From NCBI RefSeq assembly GCF_037042905.1, contig NC_087251.1, forward strand, positions 42,534,001 to 42,598,000: a stretch of DNA of 64,000 bases. Reading direction: 5' to 3'. Positions 1 through 11,950 of this stretch are shown here, one piece after another. Both the position numbers and the translations under genes were made by a program. Every line of letters starts with the position of its first letter. Position 1 is the stretch's first letter. Under the pieces are notes generated by a model, which was not told where the DNA came from, did no database searches, and saw only the letters and a list, made by a program, of their open reading frames with translations. The DNA comes from Lytechinus pictus. Its lineage: Eukaryota.

Positions 1-150
1 TATCAATGTCAGGGAATTTTCTCGGGACTATATTGAGAATATTTTGTTGCGTCGGGACAAAAAGGCAACAAAAGGAATAGGTGGAGACGAACGAAGGCAG
101 AGTAAATGTTTATCTTGGCTTCAGTCTCTCGAGGGAGCTTTATAAGTTAG

Positions 151-914
151 CAGGGGCGGTGGAACGTTTTTTCGTTGGGGGGGGGGTGCAAAGCCAAATA
201 AGGGCACTTAAAATGTCAAAATGGGCATTTCAAAGCAAAGAGATATTTTGACCATGAGATTATCATCTGCATTAAGTAGTTGTGTGTTTTGTAGTTATTA
301 AGTTGAGCAAAGCCTTTTTGAAGTGATTACTGATTGATGGAAATATATATTTAGGCCTTATTTTTATTTGAAAACAATTCAAATCTGAAGTTGTGAATCT
401 CGCTTTTTGGTCAATATCATTATCCCGCAAATTACTGTTAAAAGGGCATCGATTGCGAGATGTTGCGAGCGCGAATCGCGAGCTCAAACTTTTGGACACT
501 TCATGATTTAATAAGATTTGAAAATTGAACATTCCTAGCAGTTTTTGTTATATAATGAAAAAGATGTGTATCTAACTAAAGAATTGAAGCGAGTGCGAAG
601 CGCGAGCTGAAAATTTGTGATATTCCATTCTAAAAACTGGACATCCTAAGCACATTTTGCAACCAAGAACAGAATGAGTATCTTGCTAAACATTAATTGA
701 TGCGAGCGCGAAGCGCGAGCCAAACATTTTTTTTTCTAACCTAAAATTTTTTGTTTTAATTAAAAAAAGGTATTTTATTTTGAAAAAGGACACATATCAT
801 TAAATAAAAAAAAGGCACACTCATTTTGAAAAAAGGGATTTTTTTCCTACTGGGAATTTTTTGGGAGCAAGTGCCCCCCTGCTCCCCCCCCCCCCCCCGG
901 TTCCGTCGCCCCTG
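151..914. mobile_element. hAT-like non-autonomous element (MITE) carrying GCGAGCGCGAAGCGCGAGC motifs
   Basis: Termini CAGGGGCGGTGGAAC / GTTCCGTCGCCCCTG; 8-bp flanks TAAGTTAG (143-150) and TAAGTTAT (915-922) match 7/8. Confidence 0.75.
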
Positions 915-1454
915 TAAGTTATTATCCTGAATATGCAGTGATGGTGATTTATAGGTACAGGAAATAATCTTCTATTCGATCCTTAGACATAATGCATGAT
1001 TCCCTTATAAACCCTTCTACAACGATACTCAGCAGGATCCATAAGTCAGGATGTAGTGCTAAGGAAATATCTTGGGTGCTCATCTGCAGTGGTCATCTAT
1101 CAGATTGAATGATTAAAATTTAACTAAAAATTATATGATATTACGAAAGTGTCAACTACCCCGTCCACTACAAACCATTTAACATTCCACTAGAGTTCTT
1201 TGTTTTAATGTATATAAAGGCTTATAAATGTAAAACATGAAAGGCAGGGTAGATTTTCCCAATCAAATCTAGTCAGCTCATAAGTGTTATCAACCAGCCT
1301 TTAGAAGAGTATTGGGGGACTATGAAAAGCGCGGATTTCTTTGATCTCACATTATATCCCAAACTCTAAACACTGACGCATATTTTGAAACGACTCCTCT
1401 AAATTAGCATCGGAAACTCTTTCTGCAACGTAACTCTTTCTGCAACGGACCACA

Positions 1455-1600
1455 GGGGTCCGTTGCAGAAAGAGTTGCGTTTAAACGGAAGTCAACAAAT
1501 CAATCGCAAGTCCCAAATGCGCGCTGTTGATTGGTTGAAAATCAAGTTACGCATGATTTTTAGAGTTGCGATTGATTGCAACTCTTTCTGCAACGGGCCC
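1455..1600. mobile_element. short MITE (same family as 6600-6875)
   Basis: Inverted ends GGGTCCGTTGCAGAAAGAGTTGC / GCAACTCTTTCTGCAACGGGCCC; partial duplicates of the end at 1415-1450. Confidence 0.6.
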
Positions 1601-2469
1601 AAAAATATGATTTCCCCGTGACTGCCCAAAGATCCGACTCGTCTTCTGTCTAGATATTCTTGTCACCAACTTATGAAGAAATTAACCAGGCCATATATGC
1701 GTACGTCCTATCTAGGATGAAGAAGAGGGGGGGGGGGAGGGGGGTATATTATTAAGACCTAAATTTGCAAACAAGATATTCTCTACGGTGCTGCTTGTGC
1801 ACAAGTAAGACATTTAAAACATATTGTCAGTGAAAAGTTGTTGTTATTACTCCATTCTATTTTTTGTCAGTTGCTAGAATGAAATTCATTTCTTTATTGA
1901 AGAGCGAGTAGTAAAATGACAAAATTTAATCAACGATGTTATGAGTCGTGTTTTGTTGTTGTTGTTGTTGTTATGGAAAAACACATTTTAAAAACAAATC
2001 AATAAACGTCCTGACGATTGATCATTATTGGTCACTTATCGTCCAAATTTGACTCTGTTTATGCTCCTGATTTTATCGAACAGCGGTTTACTGTGACCCT
2101 GTCAAAGATTTACGAGCGTACAAAGCAAGTAACTAATGAATATTCTTCAAATTATTGTAGTAACTATTATTTCGTTATTTCATAAACTGGGAGCATTACG
2201 TATTACGTTTAATGTTGTAGATGTGGTAATCCTGCTAATATGTCACACTGCCTCCCCTCTACAGTAAAGTGACGCACCTAGCATAAAGTGTTACAACTGT
2301 AACAATTTTGCCATTATGGCAAATACCACAGAAACCCTGATTAAGCTTGGCTGTTGATTCGTGTTGCCATGGTAGTTGCCATAATGGAGAAGTTACCTCA
2401 GATGTGAACTCTTTGTCCCAGGTCTTTTCTTATTTTGATAGAAACCCAGATCTGAATGACATGTAAAAT

Positions 2470-2905
2470 ATGGTAAACTACCGATTCGTCTATTGCCAAC
2501 TCGTCCACTCATCACATGGTCTACCTTCATTTAGTCTAATGCCATTCCGTCCATCAACATTTGGTCTAACAACCATTTGGTCCAACAACCATTTTTTCCA
2601 ATAATCACTTCGTCTAATCACCAGTTCGTCTATGACCATTTCGTCTAATAACCAGTTGGTCTAATAGGCATACCCATTTTCTTTTCATTCATTTCGCCAA
2701 ATTAACACTTATCCAATTAGACCAAATGGTTTATGGACTACATGGCTATTCACGGCCAACTGGATATAAGACGAAATGGTGAGTGGACGAAATGGCAATT
2801 AGACCATGATGATAGTGGACGGACGAACTGATGGTAAACCAAATGATAGTAGACGAGTTGGCAATTGGACGAATTGGCATTAGACCAATTGGAAATAAAC
2901 CGTTA
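2470..2905. repeat. palindromic repeat element built of short GTCTA/GTCCA units
   Basis: Left half (TTGCCAACTCGTC, TCGTCTAAT) mirrored by right half (GACGAGTTGGCAA, ATTAGACC). Confidence 0.5.
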
Positions 2906-5064
2906 AATATTAGACAGTGCGCTTGACATGCAGTTTTTAGATCGAAGTTCACGGTTTCTTGCGAATCATGACCTTGTTACGATGTTACTTTATATTATTA
3001 TGACGTCACACAAACGTCCTTTACCCTGACCTTACAGTGTTCTGGTTGAAAATAATAATCTTCTACTTTATATTATGACGAGTAAAACATCGGGACGATG
3101 TCCTTATTGCTCTTTACATAATACATTGTGTTGTTAATCAGTTAAAGATCATCCTTGCATATAACTGAAATATGTCGGCAAAATACATATGTGATGAAGA
3201 TTCGACGACCTTGCGCATGATTGCCTTATCGAAAAACTATCATTATTAACTCTTAATTCGGTCGACATTTTTTTTCGATCGGGGGGGGGGGTCGCTGGCA
3301 TTTTGCAGACCCCTACTTTTAACACCAGTGCAAGATATTACACATTACAAGATCTTCCTACAAGATCTTACTAATCTGACATTACTAAACTTGCCCTCTT
3401 TCTCTATCTCCCTCGGAATCTTGGAGAAGAATTTATTTATAATTTGTATTAAAGTGATCTAAGCACATCTTTTGTATAAATTTTAATTTTGAAGGGAATA
3501 TACATGTGTTCCAAGAATATGCAAATTATCCCGGAATCCAATAGTTCACTCATTGTGATTGCTTTTTCCACCTCTTCACTGATTCAAAGTTTAAAAAATA
3601 GGCCTATAATTATTTTGAGTGAAATTTAGAAAGGGTGGGGGGGGGGGGGGGGAGTCTCAAGCTCAAAGCTCTAGCCCCATTTCCAGCTTACAAGTAAATA
3701 TATGTGTTTGGTATTCAATGCTGTGTCGTATTTCTGAAAGTTTGCGGGAAAGCGAAACCGACGGTGAGTTATATTTCTGTCATAATTTTGAGATCGGCAA
3801 ATATTCAGGGATTATGATTCCTTTTCTTTCAAAAGTATTTACATAATCTTTTTGATTCTCATTTTTTCTTCGATACTCATTTTACTTCTTCAGTCTTTTC
3901 TTTCCTCCTCATTAACTACTTGACAGTTCTTTTGCTGCCCTTGTAGCAACGCCCCTGAAAATAATTTGCCAAACCAAGTGCCCCTAACTCCCTTTATATG
4001 TGTAGGATTACCGTTACTGACTATATTACTGACAAAATTCTGACGTATATGCGGTAATGCGAATACCAAATAGTACATGACGATACACAAAGCATAGATA
4101 AATTGCCGCTCGTTTGAAATTCAATAAACGGGGAACAAAATATGGTGAGTAAATATTTTCGATATGTCCCCGACACTTTGCTGATCCGTTGTGTATTTCT
4201 AATAAAATATTCATCGATATTTTTAATGAAGAATATTAGGTATTTTTCTTAATTGAATTAATGTAAAATTTTCTGACGCGCGCGGAGCATTATTCACAAA
4301 TTTCTCATGATTATCCCGATGAAGTTCACTTTGTGACCTTCATGTCTCAAGACCAGGGGCGCTTGTCACAAAGCTTAGCAATCATCGTAGAAGAATATCT
4401 TTACGAATGATTGCATTTACCACAATTTGTAATCAATCGTAAAAAATCAAGCGTACGATCAATTTATAAACTTTGTGATATACACTGGCATGCTTCCTAC
4501 AGAGTTGAATTCCTACAGAGTTGATCCCTTTTCTTCGAAAGGCATGAGGGACTACGTGCAAAACGTCAGGGTTAATGTGATTTGCAAAATAGTCTCGTCA
4601 CATCATGCTCAGACGTCTGCTTTATGAAATGAACATTCTTGTATTTCATATTGATCCTAATAACAAGGATGATATTGACGCACAGAAGGCACAAAGAATT
4701 GATATTTGCATTGGTACACTATCAAGATCATTAAAATATGAAGACGTCCTTGTCCTTAGGTTACTTATAGCAAGGAGAGGATAGGCGAGTTCAATGTCAT
4801 TCCTGGTTTGATGGAATCATTATTGTGTATCACACACGGGCTAACTTTCAATCAATCAGAACTATCGTCATATGTTCGGAGGGGGACGAGGACCAACGGA
4901 ATGTTTTGGGGTCAAGAGTCATGATGATGCGAGGTGATGTCAAAATTGGGAATCGAATGACACGTCATACGAAATGTATATATCCTGTTTTTTCCTAACC
5001 TGCCCACTGAAAGCTGCGGAAGCTGAAACCAGATGACGAGATGAGAAGACGGGTTAAATGACTA

Positions 5065-5541
5065 GAAGACCAATTGTTTAAACTCGGCAGGTCTATTTGT
5101 TTGGGACAGGAGAACAAAATGCGAGATGTTGAATCTTGTTTGTCGACTTGTTTTGGGACAAGAGAACAAGATGACGAGATGTTGAATCTTGTTTTTCGAT
5201 TTGTTTTGGGACAAGAGAACAGGATGACAAGATGTTGAATCTTGTTTGTCGACTTGATTTGGGACAAAATGGAGTCATTTTTCAACAACTCAACATCTTT
5301 TCTTGTCCCAAATAATTGACTTGGTAAGTTCCAACAAGTCGTCATCTTGTCCCAAACAATTCGACTTGCCGAGTTCCAACAACTCGTCATCTTGTCCCAA
5401 ACAATTCGACCTGGCGAGTTCCAACAACTCCTCAATCTTGTCTTCTTGTCCAAAACAAGTCGACTTGCCGAGTTCCAACAACTCGTCATCTTCTTGTCCA
5501 AAACAGGTCGACTTGCCATGTTTCAACAATTCAGTGTCTTC
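5065..5541. repeat. foldback minisatellite: ~52-bp units facing ~45-54-bp units in inverted orientation
   Basis: TTGGGACA at 5101, 5153, 5206, 5259 versus TGTCC(C/A)AA at about 5304, 5348, 5393, 5447, 5495; outer ends are inverted copies. Confidence 0.65.
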
Positions 5542-5544
5542 GTG

Positions 5545-5835
5545 TCCTTGAATAGACTATTTGTAGACCATACATTCTCTGTTTTAGGACCAAAGCTATG
5601 GAATCAACTGCCTATCCAATTACGCCAAATTTCATCAACATAAACATTCAAGTCCCAACTGAAAACTTATTTGTACCCCTCCCACAGTTTAGTGTGTTTT
5701 ATTCAGGATAATTCAAAATTCAATTCTTTTTCGTTTTCTATTATTGTTTGTGTGTATATATATTTTTATTTTTCTTGACGTGCCATGGGCACCGAAAGGT
5801 GGACCTTTGTGCTTTAAAAGTAGCCACCATTATTA

Positions 5836-5866
<31 letters not shown>

Positions 5867-5876
5867 TATTATTATT
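5545..5876 (+). mobile_element. 3' fragment of L2/CR1-group LINE with (TAT)n tail
   Basis: Translation FSVLGPKLWNQLP (typical L2-group ORF2 C-terminus), followed by TAT repeats at 5829-5876. Confidence 0.6.
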
Positions 5877-6385
5877 GTAATTGTATAATATATTGCCCCT
5901 TCCCTATCCGGTGCAATATCGACCGGGTAATCATTTTAAGACAGTAATCATTATGACGCAGCATTCATTTTCATTTCATTTATTTATTTATTTGGTATAG
6001 ATCAACATCAAGCTAGAATAAAGATACGTTTACAATTTATATTACTGTAAATAACATCAACATGAATATATTATTGTAAATTATATACATATTTAGGAAA
6101 GTACAGATTTAAAATACGGGAATTGTAATAAAAAAAAAAATCAGAAATATCGATTGAAAATGTTAAATGGTACATAAGCATGATAAGCACACATGCAGAA
6201 GACTCTCCCCACACACATCATTTAACTCACCCACTTCAAGAGTCAAGTTCCCGCACAAACACATTCACCCACCCACACTCTCATGTCTAATCCACACTTA
6301 CAGGGTTGTAGGTTTAAATCATTAATAAATACCGTATGATTTTTTTCTTGCTGTAAGGGCCTTATGGACCGAAGGGTGTGGACGT

Positions 6386-6450
6386 ATGTGTGTGTGTGTG
6401 TGTATGTGTGTGTGTGTGTGGGTGTGGATGGGTGTGGGTGTATATGTGTA
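6386..6450. repeat. (GT)n microsatellite
   Basis: Read directly. Confidence 0.9.
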
Positions 6451-6599
6451 TGGGAGATGGGGGGAGAAGAAGAAGCTAAACTAGTATATTAGTTCAGTTT
6501 AAATGGAAATAGAAGGCATGTGAGCTGAAAGAAACTGAAGTTTGTAGGTTGATAATATTGATGATGTGCGGTATCTATCTGTATACACTCAGACCATGC

Positions 6600-6875
6600 A
6601 GGACCCCCGTCTTACAAAGAGTTGCGATTGATCCAATCAACCACGACTCTGGAAATCCAGGAATGTCAGCATCTAAAAAGCATGTTGGTTCAGCATATTT
6701 TATAGATACGATGTCCATTCTTAAATTCATGGTTTTCTCCAAAATTCGGTGTGCTTATTTTTGTTTACAAAGGACATTGTGCAAAAATTCCTGAAGAAAA
6801 AATAATGACATCGACGAATTTCCATATAATTGAGGTTGATCGGATCAATCGTAACTCTTTGTAAGATGGGGGCCC
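6600..6875. mobile_element. MITE
   Basis: Inverted ends CCCCGTCTTACAAAGAGTTGCGATTGATCC / GGATCAATCGTAACTCTTTGTAAGATGGGG. Confidence 0.7.
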
Positions 6876-7753
6876 ATATATATATTGAACTGCTTTGATT
6901 GTCTACTATGCCTATGCCGGTCATAATGGAGTAATTTCTCTTCCTATCTTGACACTCTGGGTAAGAGAGAAAACTGCAAAATAACTGGTATGTTGGATAT
7001 CCGTACACAAAATTATATCCATTATCTATTGGCACGTTATAGTTCACACAGTAGAACGATTTAGTAAAATCAGCTGTAGCCTAGACATACGCATACAGTT
7101 CAAAGGTTCAGCACGACCTTCAAGTAAAATGTTAAAAGTTAAAACAGATAATGATCAAGATATGATCCTTTGACGTTATCTCATCAATGTGACCTGCAAT
7201 TCGGAATCTATATTCATTTAGCAGCAAACGAATCAGAACTATGGTCTTGCTAGCATGCAACTATTGATGATATGACTTGAGTTGATGGTTTGGCCAGCTC
7301 TACGCCGAATTCTTTAATCATTTAACAGGTAAGTCACTTGGATGTTTGAATTTGTCATTTTTCAGCTTCTGCAATGCCTTATCATGCTTATGCAACCATG
7401 ATGAATTATTGGAGGGGTTTTGGAAGGCGAGTATCCTGGCAATGATGCCAAATCCAAAGGAATATCTGGTAGATCACGAATAGGAGTGATCAAGTGGTTA
7501 CTTTCTTAAGGATCGTAACAATACAAATGAAATTTTACATATACTAGGCGTATGAACACTACGAACATTTACGGATTACACAAATCGCAAAATACCCTTC
7601 TATTTGCCATGTCACAATAAACATCACCATAACAGATCATCGCATATATTTCATTATGATCAACTAACAATCGTCAATATTAAGATACCGGTAATCATTA
7701 TTTCGAAGCGTTATAACCGGTCATTTCATTTAATGTTTTTGGTTATACATGAG

Positions 7754-9007
7754 TCATTTTAACTTCAACGCCTTTTCTTGTTGCTTCCGTTCTTTTTTGT
7801 ATTCATTCTTTGCTACTTTGATGGCATCTTTTAACCGATCGTACTCATCCCAATCACCCCTTTGCTTGGCAAGGTCACGGGCACGAATCATCCCATATAC
7901 TTCTTTGTCGATATCACTCTTGGAAAGTTGAGAAAACTCCTCAAATGTCAGCAACGGTGTTGACTTGTGGAGATATTTTTTATCAGGCTCATAGGCACAG
8001 TAAACCATATAATGATCACTCATAGCAATATGAGCCACTCCCGAGGACAAGACAGCAAATGGATCATCTGTGAAGACAAAATCAATCAAAGATTCTGTCG
8101 TCTGATATGTGTCCCGACCTTTCGTCTTCCTCAAATCAACCCGTGTAGAATCTTTGATCAGCTGTGACAAATGATGGTTTTTCTCAAGTTCGTCGAGCGT
8201 TTGGAGTTTCTCCCCCTTCACCGATTCCATGACTTTGCACGACGACAGAGTTTTTCTATCGCAGTTGAAATCACCTAGTATCACATAATTTGTTTTACAG
8301 CAACAAGGATACTTCTTGTTACCAGTTCCTTTGGAAGATGTCGGCTTGCAGCTATCTGTTGCCTTCAATGTATCCAAACTTCTTTGCAGCTTTTTAAAGA
8401 GGGAAACCTGATCCCTCGTTCCAGGTGGCACGTACACATTTATTATTCTCAGTAGAGTCTTCTTCAAGCATATGTTGATTTGGTCTGACCCTTTCCCTAC
8501 ACCATTACTCCCGCCAAGCTGGATATCGATGCAGCATGCATCTAATCCTTTCTCCATCTTGGTGTCACACTCTCTGACCAATCTTGAAAGACTGTCTTTC
8601 ACATATATCAAAACACCACCGCGTGGCCTACCTGTAAACTTAGGAGCCCCATCCTTCCTTGACATAATTGTGTATCCAGGAACGTTGAAACTTTCGTTTG
8701 CGTCGTTTTCACCAAGCCAGGTTTCGCTTAGGGTCATCACATCAACTGTTGCCCGACAAAGCAGAAGGAGTTTCAGCTCATCTTTCTTGTTACAAAGAGA
8801 CTGGCAGTTTAGGTGAGCAATTGTTATACCTCCTAGCTGTGACAAGATATCCAGCTCGCGCTGGACCTGGTCAACTAACTCATGTGATGTTGGTTCGATT
8901 TTTATCTGTCTTTGGTTGGAGGACTTCTCCGGGTACTTCACCTCCTCCTTGACCTTTACGGCACCCTTCATTTCTTTCGGCACCTTTTGTGATGGCGCAA
9001 CACTCGC
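7754..9007 (-). CDS. last coding exon (417 aa) of spliced gene: exonuclease-endonuclease-phosphatase (APE-like, LINE-type) domain
   Basis: Open 1254-nt frame with motifs HLNCQSL, LSETWL, RGGVLIYVK, NVYVPP, ILGDFN, LIDFVF, SDHYMV; acceptor TTTTTGCAG| at 9008, phase 0; stop at 7754. Confidence 0.85.
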   Translation of the reverse strand, partial: ASVAPSQKVPKEMKGAVKVKEEVKYPEKSSNQRQIKIEPTSHELVDQVQRELDILSQLGGITIAHLNCQSLCNKKDELKLLLLCRATVDVMTLSETWLGENDANESFNVPGYTIMSRKDGAPKFTGRPRGGVLIYVKDSLSRLVRECDTKMEKGLDACCIDIQLGGSNGVGKGSDQINICLKKTLLRIINVYVPPGTRDQVSLFKKLQRSLDTLKATDSCKPTSSKGTGNKKYPCCCKTNYVILGDFNCDRKTLSSCKVMESVKGEKLQTLDELEKNHHLSQLIKDSTRVDLRKTKGRDTYQTTESLIDFVFTDDPFAVLSSGVAHIAMSDHYMVYCAYEPDKKYLHKSTPLLTFEEFSQLSKSDIDKEVYGMIRARDLAKQRGDWDEYDRLKDAIKVAKNEYKKERKQQEKALKLK

Positions 9008-9489
9008 CTGCAAAAATCAAACGTCAAGAAGTCGATTAAACAAATTAGTAAAAGATACCACTTTTTCAAGAAAGATTTTGAAAGGCATTAGAAGAAACAT
9101 CAACAGCAACGTAAAGTAAAAAAATTGGTATCTTTTTAAATACATGAAATAATTAAGCGGCCAACGAATCATTGCTTTTGACAAGTTTGAGTAATTGTTG
9201 ATTGTCCTTGCTGCAACAATGGGTGATTTCAAGTTCAGTGTAGACCTTTTGGTGTAGGTGTTAGGTCAATTTTTACACGATTATAACACCAAACATAAAA
9301 TGAAGATGGTCCCGAAAAGTCACTCAATAGTTGTTAAGATGTAAATAATGTGATCTGGATCAGTTTTACAAACTTTGAATAAGTTTTGGAGCTAGGGGAA
9401 GCAATCTAAAATTTCAACACAAACACCAAGGCCAACACCGGACTCATAAAATCACCCAATGACATAGACCATCGATGAGGCTTCCTTCA

Positions 9490-9745
9490 TGTGATATCAT
9501 TATCGTCACCATCGCCATCATCAGCATCCTCATCATAATCATCATCGCCATGCACTATCATCAATATCAATATAATCATCATTATCATCATCATCATTAT
9601 CATCACCACCATTCTAATTATCCTAATCATCAAGAGTAAAATTATTATCATCATGATCATAATTATAATTTAAATCACTATCATCATGATCATCATCATG
9701 ATCATCATCACCATCATCATCATCATCATCATCACCACCACCACA
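9490..9745. repeat. (CAT)n degenerate microsatellite, intronic
   Basis: Read directly. Confidence 0.85.
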
Positions 9746-9787
9746 GACCACCACCAACACGGTCCCCATTACCGTTAAAACTATTAC

Positions 9788-10020
9788 CTTTTGAAGAATA
9801 ACCAAGATTCCTTGTCCATGTTGTTTCTCAAGGTCAGCGACAGTACTTCCCTTCACAAGGACGTGGACAATGATCTCCTTGGAATATCTCTGAAGCTTGG
9901 CGAACTCGATTCCAGTCTTTGCTAGCTCAGCCTTATGTTGAGGATAATGGGCTATCACCTCACAAACGAGTTGATCTATCGTCCAAGAACGATCCAAGCC
10001 TTCTTCAATAATGCAACTTC
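9788..10020 (-). CDS. middle coding exon of the EEP-domain gene
   Basis: Acceptor TTCATAATAG| (phase 1), donor AAG|GTAATA (phase 0); encodes (G)SCIIEEGLDRSWTIDQLVCEVIAHYP...GQGILVILQK, in frame with both neighbouring exons. Confidence 0.75.
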
Positions 10021-10591
10021 CTATTATGAACAAGAAATGGAAAGTGTAATTTGCAAAAAGGCTATACTACGACATCGAACTTATCCGAATGAAAAAGAAT
10101 GTATTGAAAAGCCGCTGATTATTTTAATGATTTCTTAAAAGCTGTAAATATGATTGTAATCAATAATAATTATCGAATTATCGGCCAGTTAGTTTGACAT
10201 GTATTGTCTGTAAGGTACTTGAATCTTTGATAAGAAAAGTTTTCATGGAACATTTCTATAGAAATGCACTCCTTTCTCCTCATCAACATGGATTTGTTGT
10301 GGGTAAGTCATGGACCACACATTTGTTGGAAGTCATTGATGAATGGACTCGAGTATTAGATGATGGCGGCACATTATTGATGCCATCTACATGGATTTTA
10401 TGAAGGCTTTTGATACTGTGCCACACCAAAGATTACTGACAAAGCTAGAGGCATATGGTATTCGAGGACATGTCCATGGGTGGATCAAGGTCTTTTTTCT
10501 TGGGCGAAGGGTCAGGAGTCGAACTGGTGTGAAGTCTCAAGTGGTATTCCTCAGGGTAATGTGCTCGGTCCCTGTCTGTTCTTGGCATACA

Positions 10592-11169
10592 TTGAAGGAC
10601 AAGCTCACCCCAACAAAAAGTTGATTTGAATAAAAAGAGGAACATCCAACAAGCATAACACTGAAAATTTCATAATTTCGCTTAATTTCACAAAACAGCA
10701 CATGCAGGTCGGTATGCAAATGAGGAGACTGATGACGTCATCCACTCACTATTTCATTTGTATCTTATTATATGAAATAAGAAATATTCTAATTTTCTCC
10801 ACATCGACAAGTGAAACAGAGAATATATGATCCCTCTCTGAACGTGTTGAATTATTATTGTTTAATATTATATGGTTTAGTCAAGTTGGTCCTTATTGTC
10901 AAATCTGTAAAAAATGAAATATGGTATAATTCAAACAATAAAAAAACACAAAAGAAATAGTGAGTGAGGGACATCATCAACTGTCCCATTTGCATGTCAC
11001 TGAGTTGTGTATATCACTGTTTTGCGAATAATAAGCGAAAGTTTAAAATGTCATAACTTTCTTATTTTACATCCGATTTTCTCCCCCTGAAAATTTTCAG
11101 CGTTATGCTCGTTTGATTTTTCTCGATTTATTCAAATCAACATTTTTCTGGGGTGGACTTGACCTTTAA
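10592..11169. mobile_element. TTAA-targeting (Kolobok-like) non-autonomous element inside the CR1
   Basis: TTGA|AGGACAAGCTCACCCC ... GGGGTGGACTTGACCT|TTAA; splits the RT between the PQG and ADD motifs. Confidence 0.75.
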
Positions 11170-11950
11170 TGATCTTCCCAATACAATGCAATCAAATATC
11201 AAGCTTTTTGCGGATGATACAAAGCTTTATGCCCGCTCGGATCTACCTGCAGGTCTTGTCAGCAACTTCAGAATGACCTGTCACTGTTAGAAAGCTGAGC
11301 TGAGAAATGGCAACTTCGCTTCCACCCAGACAAGTGTACTATTTTGAAAGTTGGTCGTATGCAGTCTGCATTTGAATATCACATAGGTAAAGAAGATGAC
11401 TCTGAACTTCTTAGTGACAGTCAGGTAGAGAGGGACTTGGGTGTACTACTTGATGCACGACTCGATCACCTTCAAAGACCACATCTCACAAGCTGTCTCT
11501 AAATCAAATAAATTGCTGGGTTTAATGAGGAGGTCTTTTGTAAATTTGGATGAAGATACAGTGAAGCTTATGTGTAAAGGTCTAATACGTCCCGCGTTAT
11601 TATGGCCGTTCAGTTTGGTCACCTTTTACAATAGGTGATCAGAAACGGCTAGAGAGTGTACAGCGAAGAGCAACCAAGCTAATACCTCGACTGAGGAACT
11701 TGTCCTATTCAGAGCGACTGCAACACTTAATTGAAACTACCATCTCTTCTACATAGACGTAGAAGAGGAGATATGATAGATGTGTAAGTATAGGCATTAT
11801 GGTATCTATGACTAGCATAGATCTGCTGGTACGAAGTAAGGAAGGGAGGACTAGAAGCCATTCCCAGAAACTTGAGAAGCAGTATGCAAGGCTTGCATGA
11901 TGTAAGGAAGTTCTTCTTTAATTTCAAATCGAGTTATAAGTTCTTGGAGC

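Noticed and set aside
4995..5643. Cluster of overlapping ORFs with repeated peptides
   Set aside because: Products of the minisatellite and an adjacent LINE 3' fragment
7754..9013. EEP ORF as ORF2 of an active LINE, or as APE1/APE2
   Set aside because: Stops before any RT motif, has a splice acceptor and upstream exons; motif context is LINE-type rather than APE1-type
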